Positions 1 to 8,560 of a DNA stretch of 28,335 nucleotides are shown in pieces. This DNA comes from Candidatus Aenigmatarchaeota archaeon (GTDB lineage: Archaea; Aenigmatarchaeota; Aenigmatarchaeia; CG10238-14; SpSt-28), in contig JAVVFY010000010.1 of the NCBI GenBank assembly GCA_032249395.1, positions 1-28,335 of the forward strand, given 5' to 3'. Made by a program: the position numbers and the translations under genes. Below the pieces are notes generated by a model. That model ran no database searches and was not told the DNA's origin. It saw only the letters and a program-made list of their open reading frames with translations. Position 1 is the stretch's first letter; the number at the start of each line of letters is the position of its first letter.

Positions 1-2
1 AT

Positions 3-149
3 GCAGATAATTATCCTAGCAGATTCATTCAAATGTTGATTGATAATCCTCAATACTTTGTTAAAGTCTATGAGAATGGTCAACCAATAGAACAATGTTT
101 GCAAGGCTGTTATGGACAAACGATTTTTAAAGTAAATGTGACTGCTTAA
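3..149 (+). CDS. 3' end of a gene entering from the left edge; possibly the C-terminus of oligosaccharyltransferase AglB/STT3 or a related membrane glycosyltransferase
   Basis: Open frame ADNYPSRFIQMLIDNPQYFVKVYENGQPIEQCLQGCYGQTIFKVNVTA* (TAA 147-149). The F-x-K-V-Y-E-N...IFKV ending resembles AglB/GT-C C-termini, and the context is a glycosylation locus. Only 48 aa are visible. Confidence 0.45.
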   Translation, partial: ADNYPSRFIQMLIDNPQYFVKVYENGQPIEQCLQGCYGQTIFKVNVTA

Positions 150-181
150 AATTTTATGTAGTTTTTAATTCCTTGAAAAAG

Positions 182-198
182 CGAAAATAATTTAAACT
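182..198 (+). promoter_or_regulatory. Archaeal BRE/TATA promoter, probably leaderless transcript
   Basis: CGAAAA followed by TTTAAACT (191-198), 19 nt before ATG 218. Confidence 0.55.
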
Positions 199-217
199 TT
201 CAAAAATCAAAATTAAA

Positions 218-844
218 ATGAAAACTTCCTCAACAGAGATATTAATACATGCTTCTTTTTCTGCCGGAGAATTAGCAGACAATCTTTTAAACAACAAACT
301 TAATTCTAGAGCAAGAATAAATGCAAGTTTTCGCGAGCTAATTAGCGAAATTTACGAAAAAATTTTAGAAGACTACAAAATTGGAGAAAGAGGATATGAA
401 TCTGAAAAATTAAGCAGAAGTGCCTTGAATGAAATTAAAGAAAAAATAAAATGCAATTATAATTGTGACTTTGGTAAATTTTTACATGAACTATTTGGAT
501 ACGAAAACGGAACTCGTATTTATGAAAGATGTTACTTATATGAAGATAAAATGTACGTCATAAGGGGTGCGCCAGATAGAGTTTATAGAAATGGAAATGG
601 AAAAATAACTGCCGAAGAATTCAAGACTTATAGAAGAGAGAATGTAAGATATCATCAAGTATTAAGAGGAGTTTTTCAGCTTGGAATTTATGGCTATTTA
701 TGCAAAACAGAAAATGGCAGATTAGTTTTGTTAGATGTTTCAAATGGTAGATTGGAAATATTTGATTATTCCTACCCATTCACTAGCCAGGAAAGGTTGC
801 TAAGAGATGCTATTGATGCATCAATAAAAAACTCAAATAAATAG
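218..844 (+). CDS. PD-(D/E)XK nuclease of RecB/Cas4-like type, stand-alone
   Basis: Motifs GKFLHE, IRGAPD, EEFKT and QLGIY match the RecB-family pattern (GxxxH / GxxD / ExK / QxxxY). The C-terminal Cys cluster of Cas4 is absent. Confidence 0.7.
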   Translation: MKTSSTEILIHASFSAGELADNLLNNKLNSRARINASFRELISEIYEKILEDYKIGERGYESEKLSRSALNEIKEKIKCNYNCDFGKFLHELFGYENGTRIYERCYLYEDKMYVIRGAPDRVYRNGNGKITAEEFKTYRRENVRYHQVLRGVFQLGIYGYLCKTENGRLVLLDVSNGRLEIFDYSYPFTSQERLLRDAIDASIKNSNK

Positions 845-1050
845 AAGTTAATGTTTTTGGATTTTGGTAATTATTGTTTCAAAACAAATCTTCTATCAAT
901 TCCTTCAAATTAACATGGTTTAAAATTTGGGGATTGACTAAAGATGCTCTTAAGATATTTGCTTTAAGCCAAGAAGAAAATGTACAAGCATTGATAAAAT
1001 CTTTTCTCTCTTTTGCGGTCTCTCACTTTCTTACTTTAACTATGATATTT

Positions 1051-1632
1051 CTAGCGAATAGATGTGGTAGAAAATTTGCTAAGTTGAATAAAAGAGTATG
1101 GTATAAACTTCAAATATCTCTCGTGGGAAAACGCCAAGTACTCTATTTTTTCTATCTTAAAATACTTACTTATAGTAAGAAGAAGTTGATTGAAATTTAT
1201 TAGAGTATGGAGATGTCCATGGGGATTAAACGGATCCGGATTTACTGGCCTATTTAAAAGCCATTTAATTAGTAATACATATGTATGATCATTTGGATAA
1301 GTTATGACACCAAATCCGCTTGGTTTTAAAACTCTTCTAAGCTCTTTTATAATGTCTAGTGGATAAAACAAGTGTTCTAAAACTTCGCTTGCAACAAAAT
1401 AATCAATGGAGTTATCTTTAAATGGAAGCTTCCTCTTGTTTAAATCCCAGTAAATATCTACTTCTTTCCTCTTTTCAAAATCTAGATTGATATATTTTAT
1501 GGTAGGTGGCAAAAATCTACGCAAAGCAGCATCGTGACCACCAACATCTAACAAAACTCCTTTTCTGTTTGAAAAATAACTTGCAATTTTTCTTAGTCTT
1601 CTCTCTCTATTAATAGATGTTTCCCATGTCAT
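1051..1632 (-). CDS. Class I SAM-dependent methyltransferase (Methyltransf_11-like); C-terminus possibly frameshifted
   Basis: LLDVGG motif I, LPFKDNSID, EVLEHL, RVLKPSG. Confidence 0.85.
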   Translation of the reverse strand: MTWETSINRERRLRKIASYFSNRKGVLLDVGGHDAALRRFLPPTIKYINLDFEKRKEVDIYWDLNKRKLPFKDNSIDYFVASEVLEHLFYPLDIIKELRRVLKPSGFGVITYPNDHTYVLLIKWLLNRPVNPDPFNPHGHLHTLINFNQLLLTISKYFKIEKIEYLAFSHERYLKFIPYSFIQLSKFSTTSIR

Positions 1633-1764
1633 TATTCTAAAATACTATTTTGTAAATATAAAACACTTTTTCCGAAACTTTTCTTTAATCTTGCTTTTTT
1701 ATCATAAATTGTCTCCTTCTTTTATTCTTTAATTTAAATATCCTATAGACGAGGAGAAACTCCA

Positions 1765-1974
1765 TTACTGAGACTTTGATATCTCGGTCCTAATTTTCAA
1801 GAATATAGTTTTTTTACTAAATTTCCGAGTTTCTAGATTTATAGAAGATGAAGCGATAAATATTTTATCTATTTAATTTTTTCTTTCAATTAACTTAGTC
1901 GACGTTTTTATATACTGATTAACGCTACCAAATAATTCTAATATAGGGTGCCGAGTAATCATTGAAACTTTCAT
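1765..1974 (-). pseudogene. Decayed N-terminal remnant of a probable GT4 glycosyltransferase
   Basis: ATG 1974 lies 2 nt after the preceding GT4 stop. It reads MKVSMITRHPILELFGSVNQYIKTSTKLIERKN*IDKIFIASSSINLETRKFSKKTIFLKIRTEISKSQ*, which resembles a GT4 N-terminus with in-frame stops. Confidence 0.45.
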
Positions 1975-1976
1975 AA

Positions 1977-3035
1977 TTAATTACTGTAGATTCTAATTAA
2001 TTTTTTGACATATTTATCCCAATTATTTTGTTTTATATATTTCTTTCTAAATATCAGTGCATTTTTGCTAAATTCCTTCTTTTTATGTAAACATTCAATG
2101 ATTGCCTGAGAAATCTCCTCATTTTTATTAAAAAGAGCTCCTGCCTTCGATTCTCTCACTAATTCTGTCATGGCGAATGCGTTCCTAGCTACTATTGGCT
2201 TACCACAAAACAAAGCTTCTAAAAATGTTAATCCAAAAAGCTCCCAAAAAGAAGCACTAACATAAATATCACAAGAATTATAAAGTGATATTAATATATC
2301 CTCTTTAACCTTACCAAGAAATACAACATCATTTTTTAACTTTAATTTCTCTACAACTGGTAGCAGATTTTCGTAATCTTCCCCTACTATTACCAGCTTT
2401 GCATTAGGATATCTCTCCTTGACTTTTCCCATAGCGAGTATCTCGTAAATATGCCCCTTGTGGGGTCTGTTCCTTCCCACAGATAAAATCATCGGATTCC
2501 CAATTTTGTATTTTCTAATGTTTTTCTTTGGTCTAAATTTTTTATCATCAACTGGATTTTTTAGTAAAAAAGATTCTCTATTAAAAAACAATTTGATTTC
2601 TTTTTTAGCCCACTTACTTATTCCTATAAAAACATCTATTTTTGGAGCAAGAAGCTGATACAACTTAAGAAATAATGCTGAACCAACTTTCGTCTTAAAT
2701 TCAGTTTCTTTTACACCAATATGCCATCCATGATGGGTATAAACTACTTTCTGACCCTTTCTCTTGAATAGAGCATAAATAATTGGTAAAGAACCGTGAA
2801 CATGAATAACATCAAACTTCTTAAGATATTTTATCATCTTTATCGTTCCCCAGAGGATTGATGGCTTAAGTTTAGATTCAAAAGAAACTACTTTAATGTT
2901 TTTTGGCTCTAATCTTTTTCTAACACAGACAATTTCTACTTCATGTCCCTCTTTTTTCAGCCCATGAGCTATATTAGTAATTATTGTTCCTATTCCACCA
3001 TATTCGTAAGTTCCTATAACTTGGGCTATTCTCAT
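1977..3035 (-). CDS. Glycosyltransferase family 4 (GT-B)
   Basis: Start moved to MRIAQVIG (ATG 3035). YGGIG loop, DVIHVH, SVGR..HKG and ELFGLTFLE (EX7E). Confidence 0.92.
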   Translation of the reverse strand: MRIAQVIGTYEYGGIGTIITNIAHGLKKEGHEVEIVCVRKRLEPKNIKVVSFESKLKPSILWGTIKMIKYLKKFDVIHVHGSLPIIYALFKRKGQKVVYTHHGWHIGVKETEFKTKVGSALFLKLYQLLAPKIDVFIGISKWAKKEIKLFFNRESFLLKNPVDDKKFRPKKNIRKYKIGNPMILSVGRNRPHKGHIYEILAMGKVKERYPNAKLVIVGEDYENLLPVVEKLKLKNDVVFLGKVKEDILISLYNSCDIYVSASFWELFGLTFLEALFCGKPIVARNAFAMTELVRESKAGALFNKNEEISQAIIECLHKKKEFSKNALIFRKKYIKQNNWDKYVKKLIRIYSN

Positions 3036-3064
3036 TAAATTAAAGATTGAAACCAAAGTTAAAA

Positions 3065-4237
3065 ATGAGAATTGTACAAATATGCCCATTTTTTTATCCG
3101 GTTGAAGGAGGAGTAGAAGAGCATGTATTACAAATTTCTAAACGACTTAGAAAAATGGGCCATAGTATAACCATCTTCACTTCCGACTCGTCGAGAAGTG
3201 GTAGGATAAAAAAAAGATTTGAAAACATAGAAGGCATAAAGGTATTCAGATTTAATACAATCTTTAGCTTCGGTGATTTTGGGAAACTTTGGCCAGGATT
3301 TGTAAAAAAGTTGATTAAAGAAGATTTCGATATAGTTCATGTGCATAGCTACAGACACTTTCATACGATACTCGCTGGATTTATTTGTAAAATGAAAAAT
3401 AAGCCATGTATTCTTACCACTCACTCTCCATTCCACCCATTGCATACGAGGAACCTTCTTTCAAAAACATTTGTAATTGCTTATGATTACTTTCTTAAGT
3501 TTTTTGTTGACAAATTCTTCTCAAAGGTTATAACTGTTACATCCTTCGAGAATAATCACTTCAAACATCTACCAAAAAAAAGAGTGATAACAATTCCTAA
3601 TGGTATTGACGAAAGAATTTTCAGAAAGATGAAAAAAGCAAAGTATTTTAGGTTGATGAAAAAATTTGGTATTAGCAAAAAGGACAAAATAATACTATTC
3701 GTAGGGAGAGTACATCCAACTAAAGGTATAGAATTTCTAATTAAAGCTATGAAAGAAGTTAAACAGAACTCATTGAAAGCCTTTATAGTTGGCCCGATTC
3801 AAGATAGAGAATACTTCGAGTACTTAAGTAAAAAAATCAGAGAATACGAGCTATCAGATAAGATCTTCTTTACTGGATTTCTTACAGAAGAAGAAAAGCT
3901 AATACTTTATGATATCTCGAAAATATTCTTTCTTCCAAGCATTTATGAACCGTTTGGTATTGTAATTCTTGAAGCTTTTGCAAGAGGTAAGCCAGTGATA
4001 GCTGTAGATAGCGATGGTCCAAGGTTTCTAATAAAACATAGAGAAAACGGATTTTTGGTAAAATACGGAGATGTGGAGAGTGCTTCAAAGTATATTAGAT
4101 TACTATTAGGCAACAGAAAGATCTACAAAAAGATTTCAGTAAATAACATCAAAAAATCTAAGCAGTTCACATGGAATAAAATAGTTAAAAAGTTAATTAA
4201 AGTTTATGAAGATGTGTTGAATTGTCATATTCGCTAA
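3065..4237 (+). CDS. Glycosyltransferase family 4 (GT-B)
   Basis: Start moved to MRIVQICPFFYPVEGGVE (ATG 3065). DIVHVH, IPNGID, FVGR..TKG and EPFGIVILE. Confidence 0.93.
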   Translation: MRIVQICPFFYPVEGGVEEHVLQISKRLRKMGHSITIFTSDSSRSGRIKKRFENIEGIKVFRFNTIFSFGDFGKLWPGFVKKLIKEDFDIVHVHSYRHFHTILAGFICKMKNKPCILTTHSPFHPLHTRNLLSKTFVIAYDYFLKFFVDKFFSKVITVTSFENNHFKHLPKKRVITIPNGIDERIFRKMKKAKYFRLMKKFGISKKDKIILFVGRVHPTKGIEFLIKAMKEVKQNSLKAFIVGPIQDREYFEYLSKKIREYELSDKIFFTGFLTEEEKLILYDISKIFFLPSIYEPFGIVILEAFARGKPVIAVDSDGPRFLIKHRENGFLVKYGDVESASKYIRLLLGNRKIYKKISVNNIKKSKQFTWNKIVKKLIKVYEDVLNCHIR

Positions 4238-5202
4238 ATACGAATTATTTCTTTCAACAATTGTTTGACATGCTCTCTAAAAGGTCTATAGTCGTATAAA
4301 GGAATTAACAGAAGGAGATTGAGAATCAAAAACGCTACAATAATTGTTTTCAGTTTTTTCTGTACTATACCAATAATGTAATAAGCAGAAGGTAAAATTG
4401 TTGGTAAAACATATCTAAATCTATCTGCGAAAGTTCCTCCAATATGGAAAACTAAATAGAAGAAAATAAAGCTAACGAAAATAAAATCTATAATTCTGTT
4501 TTTACCAAATTGCTTAATCAAAGCATATGGAAGAAGAACGAATAACAACCCTTGTATCATAAATGGTGTAATTAGATAGTATAAATATGGTGCCTCTGGT
4601 GTTGCCCCAAAATGAGCAGTCAAGTAAAGTTCAATTCCTTTTAAGATGACTGGTGTAAAACATATGAGCAAAATAAACTGAATTAAAATGTTCTTTTTAT
4701 CTCTCTTTAAAACTAAATCAATAAAATTAATGAGCACAAGTAATAAACCTTCAAATCTTATCAAAATTGATATACAAGAAATAAGTGAAGCTTTCTTTTC
4801 CATTTTCTTTGATTTTAGATAAACAAAAATTACAACAAATGTGAAGAACAAAGCATCTGTTAGATACATCGAAGAAATTTTTAAGAACAAAGGATTGAAA
4901 ACGATAAGAGAAGTGAAAAGCAACCAGTTTTTAGAAACTACCTTATATTTTATGAATGGTAGAATGAAAACAACAAACGAAGAAAATATTGCAACAAAAA
5001 TTCTTCCAATTAATAATGAAGGAAAAAGATATGATAAAAATTTTAAGAGAAAGGCTCTTTCAGGAATCGCATTTGTTTTATTTTTAAATTCGATGTATTC
5101 TCTCTCATCGAACGAAGAGTAGGGATATGTAGAAAGAATCAGCTTAATAATTAGTTGCACCACAAACAAAACTATTATCCACTTTTTAATGTGAGTATTC
5201 AT
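4234..5202 (-). CDS. Polytopic membrane protein, probable GT-C fold glycosyltransferase using a lipid-phosphate-sugar donor (PMT/ArnT-like)
   Basis: About 9-10 hydrophobic segments, DE-x-x-Y after the first helix (SFDEREY), LTDALF, RFEG and RYVLP motifs. Confidence 0.65.
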   Translation of the reverse strand: MNTHIKKWIIVLFVVQLIIKLILSTYPYSSFDEREYIEFKNKTNAIPERAFLLKFLSYLFPSLLIGRIFVAIFSSFVVFILPFIKYKVVSKNWLLFTSLIVFNPLFLKISSMYLTDALFFTFVVIFVYLKSKKMEKKASLISCISILIRFEGLLLVLINFIDLVLKRDKKNILIQFILLICFTPVILKGIELYLTAHFGATPEAPYLYYLITPFMIQGLLFVLLPYALIKQFGKNRIIDFIFVSFIFFYLVFHIGGTFADRFRYVLPTILPSAYYIIGIVQKKLKTIIVAFLILNLLLLIPLYDYRPFREHVKQLLKEIIRI

Positions 5203-5210
5203 AACTATTT

Positions 5211-6098
5211 ATGAAAAACAAATTATTAATTTCGGCAATAATAACAGCGTTTAAAGAAGAAAAAACTATTGGAGAAGCTATAAAGCAAATAATTTCTCAA
5301 CTACCAAAAAATTCTGAAATCCTTGTAATCGCTCCTGATGAACCAACTTTATCAGTAGCCAAAAAATTTAGCGAAAGAGATAAAAGAATAAAAATTTTGA
5401 AAGACCCTGGCAAAGGAAAACCAACAGCATTAAATTTGGGTTTTAGAAAAGCTAAAGGGAAAATTCTCATATTAACAGATGGTGATGTTCTAGTTGGAAA
5501 AAACTCAATCAAATTTCTTTTGAAACATTTTGAAAATCCAAAAGTTGGCGCTGTTTCTGGAAAAGTTATTTATCAAATTTCAAAAAATTCTTTGTTTTAT
5601 GAATGGGCAAAGTTGAGCGAAAAGGTTTTTGATAAAATGAGAAATTTACAAGATAAGAAAAACGAAGTTTGGCATCCAACTGGTTATTTATATGCTATAA
5701 GAAATGGTTTAGTAAAAAAAATTCCTTCAAATGTTTTGTCGGATGACGCACTAATTGGTTATCTAATAAAATCTAAAGGCTATTTGATAAAGTATGAACC
5801 AAAAGCTAAAGTTTATGTCAAATTTCCAACATCAATTTCAGACTTCATAAAGCAAAAGTCTAGAACAAGAGCTGGTTTTTTACAAATTAAAAAATGGTTT
5901 GGGTTTGAAGGAAGAAAAATTTCAAGCGAGATTTCAGTTGGATTGAAAGATTTGTTTGAAGTATATGGAATTAGAAAATTTCACAAAATGCTTATAGTTA
6001 GCTTTGTTTATCTAATTTCTTGGCTTAGAGCTTATTGGTTAATTTTTAGAAGAAAATCTTTTGAAAAAATTTGGGAAAGAATAGAAACAACAAAATAA
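5211..6098 (+). CDS. Glycosyltransferase family 2 (GT-A)
   Basis: ISAIITAFKEE, GKPTALN, LTDGD (DxD), SDD and QKSR motifs, with a C-terminal hydrophobic stretch. Confidence 0.9.
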   Translation: MKNKLLISAIITAFKEEKTIGEAIKQIISQLPKNSEILVIAPDEPTLSVAKKFSERDKRIKILKDPGKGKPTALNLGFRKAKGKILILTDGDVLVGKNSIKFLLKHFENPKVGAVSGKVIYQISKNSLFYEWAKLSEKVFDKMRNLQDKKNEVWHPTGYLYAIRNGLVKKIPSNVLSDDALIGYLIKSKGYLIKYEPKAKVYVKFPTSISDFIKQKSRTRAGFLQIKKWFGFEGRKISSEISVGLKDLFEVYGIRKFHKMLIVSFVYLISWLRAYWLIFRRKSFEKIWERIETTK

Positions 6099-6127
6099 TA
6101 TTTTAGATGACATAATAAAAAATAATA

Positions 6128-7249
6128 ATGAAAATAGCAATATTTCACGACTTCCTTATCGAAAAAGGTGGCGGAGAAAGAATAATCTCTATACTCTCAA
6201 AATATTTAAAAGATGTTAAAATTTTTACATCTTTATATATACCAGAGAATGTATACGAAACGTTTTCATCAAAAAATGTTATATCAGTAAGTCCCCATAT
6301 TTCAAAAATTATATCGAAATTCGACCTTGTGAAGATACTTTTTACTTTACTGTTTTTTGGGAAGATAATGAAAAATTATAAAAGAATAATAAATAAGAAC
6401 TACGATGTAGCAATTTTTTCTGGTTTCTACTCTATTATACTTGCTCCTTTTCTCTCAATTCCAAAGGTATATTATATAAATTCAGAGCCTTTCGATGAAG
6501 CACTAAGAAGAGAGAAATATTCTCTCTATACAAAAATTTTTAAAAAATTAATACTTAAATATAGCAGAATTGAAAAACTTGCCCTAAGGAATATGAATAT
6601 TATAGTTGCTATCTCCAGATATACAAAAGAATTGTACGAATCCTATGGAATAAAAGTTCAACGTGTCATATATCCTCCTGTTGAAATGAATCGATTTAAA
6701 TGCTGTAAAAAAAATAAAAACAGTGGGGAATACTTTTTATTTGTCGGAAGGTTATTACCACATAAAAGGCCTGAACTGCTGCTACGTGTATTCTCTAAAA
6801 TAAAAGACGAAAATCTACTAATAGTAGGTGATGGTCCTCTTTTAAGATTAGTAAAAATTTACTCAAATAAATTTAAAAACATATCTTATATTAGAGGTAC
6901 GACCATATCTGATGAAGAGTTAAGTAAAATATATTGTAAAAGTAAGGCAGTCATATACATTACAGAGAGAGAACCATTTGGACTAGTGCCTGTGGAGGCA
7001 AATAGTTGTGGTAGGCCCGCAATAGTATCAAATGAAGGTGGCTTGAAAGAAACTATAATAGATAAAAAAACAGGATTAGTTTTAGACCCCGATTATGAAA
7101 AAAATTTAGAAAAAGTAATAAAAAACTTCGGGAAATATAGATTTTCTCAAAAGATTTGTAGAAAGAACGCCAAGAGATTCGATGTTGATATCTTTATAAA
7201 AAAATTTAAAAGTGTATTAAGCGAAATTATGAATTATAAAAAAATTTAA
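6128..7249 (+). CDS. Glycosyltransferase family 4 (GT-B; Alg2/WbaZ-like mannosyltransferase type)
   Basis: MKIAIFHD..GGGER, VIYPPV, FVGRL..HKR and EPFGLVPVE. Confidence 0.92.
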   Translation: MKIAIFHDFLIEKGGGERIISILSKYLKDVKIFTSLYIPENVYETFSSKNVISVSPHISKIISKFDLVKILFTLLFFGKIMKNYKRIINKNYDVAIFSGFYSIILAPFLSIPKVYYINSEPFDEALRREKYSLYTKIFKKLILKYSRIEKLALRNMNIIVAISRYTKELYESYGIKVQRVIYPPVEMNRFKCCKKNKNSGEYFLFVGRLLPHKRPELLLRVFSKIKDENLLIVGDGPLLRLVKIYSNKFKNISYIRGTTISDEELSKIYCKSKAVIYITEREPFGLVPVEANSCGRPAIVSNEGGLKETIIDKKTGLVLDPDYEKNLEKVIKNFGKYRFSQKICRKNAKRFDVDIFIKKFKSVLSEIMNYKKI

Positions 7250-7428
7250 ATACATGCCGTAGTCGCTATTTCTCGATTACATCTACAAAAATTCAGGCTC
7301 ATTTTCTACATTCTTTTCGGTGTTGAATTGATAAATATATTCAGATAAAAATGTAGAGATAATTGACTTATACTATGTTATAGGATATAGGCAGAGATGA
7401 TTAAATATAAAGTGTGTATATTTCTATT

Positions 7429-8451
7429 TTATATAAACGAACTAAGAAGTTTGTTAAAATTGTAAATAAAAGAGCTCCATCGGTAATTCCTTATTATTTT
7501 TCTGTTTAATCTTCCTAGTCGTTCAGTCTTTTTATTTTCAATTATCATCTTTCTTATAACTTTTACAATAGTTTCTATTTTATCATTTTCTTTGAGTCTA
7601 TAACCAAAATATGGAAGTGGAACGGTAGAAACAATAGCACACGAGGCTGCCATTGCTTCTAAGATAGAATATCCTAAAGTTTCTGCTCGAGAGGGAAGAA
7701 AAAAGATTAAAGCTTCTTCGTAAAGTTTAATTAATGTTTTTTCTGGAACAAATCCCATCCATTCTACATTTAGTGGAAACTTATTCAATTTCTCGTGTTG
7801 ATTTCTTTTCCCTACTAAGATGAATTTAACATGGGGTAACCTTTTTGCGACTTCTATAACTTTGTCTATTCCTTTCTGCCTTTCTAACCTACCTACGAAA
7901 AGTACAAACTTCTTCTTTTTTATTTTTTTGAACTTATTTATTTCAACCCCAGGTGATATCACAACTGTGCGAGTTCTATTAACACCTAGCTTTAATGCCG
8001 ATTTTCGAGCAAAATCAGAAAAAAACAAAAAATATGAAAACGGTAACCTGAAAATGATCTTCTCAAGAAGTATAGCAAATATAGAAAGTATTCCTTTCAT
8101 TTCTACCCACTTTTTTCCATATGCGCCATGAACAATACAAATAGAGGGCTTTCTCAGTAAAAATGAAGCAATAGCTGTTGGAATAGCCGAATGATAAGTA
8201 TTACCAATTAAAACATCGGCCCTCTTGCCATAGGCCAACAGTAATGGAATACCAAAAATGTTGAATAACATTCGATGAGTTGACACTCTAACTGTTTTTA
8301 TTCCTTTAAACTCTTTAATTTCAGGATTTCCGGAGGTTATTACAATTATTCGGTGTTGCCTTTTTAACCGCTTAATTATTTCGAGGAGAAGTTTTTCTCC
8401 TCCACCAGAAAATTCTGGAGGAAATATCTCATGTGCTATAAGTAATTTCAT
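7429..8451 (-). CDS. Glycosyltransferase family 4 (GT-B)
   Basis: FPPEFSGGGE, LFVGRLERQKG and ETLGYSILE. Confidence 0.92.
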   Translation of the reverse strand: MKLLIAHEIFPPEFSGGGEKLLLEIIKRLKRQHRIIVITSGNPEIKEFKGIKTVRVSTHRMLFNIFGIPLLLAYGKRADVLIGNTYHSAIPTAIASFLLRKPSICIVHGAYGKKWVEMKGILSIFAILLEKIIFRLPFSYFLFFSDFARKSALKLGVNRTRTVVISPGVEINKFKKIKKKKFVLFVGRLERQKGIDKVIEVAKRLPHVKFILVGKRNQHEKLNKFPLNVEWMGFVPEKTLIKLYEEALIFFLPSRAETLGYSILEAMAASCAIVSTVPLPYFGYRLKENDKIETIVKVIRKMIIENKKTERLGRLNRKIIRNYRWSSFIYNFNKLLSSFI

Positions 8452-8560
8452 ATTAATTTTATTATTTACTGCTTAATTATTTGCCTACTTTAAGCAACTA
8501 AGAAGCATCTTATAGTCATCATATGGCAATTGACAAAATTTTAGCATTAGAATCAAATTA

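Noticed and set aside
218..844. CRISPR-associated cas4 call
   Set aside because: No Fe-S Cys cluster, no other cas genes and no repeat-spacer array in the window.
874..1203. 109-aa plus-strand ORF
   Set aside because: TTG start, antisense overlap with the methyltransferase and no recognisable motif.
7250..7428. Possible remnant or ncRNA between convergent GT4 genes
   Set aside because: No recognisable peptide, hairpin or repeat could be supported by eye.
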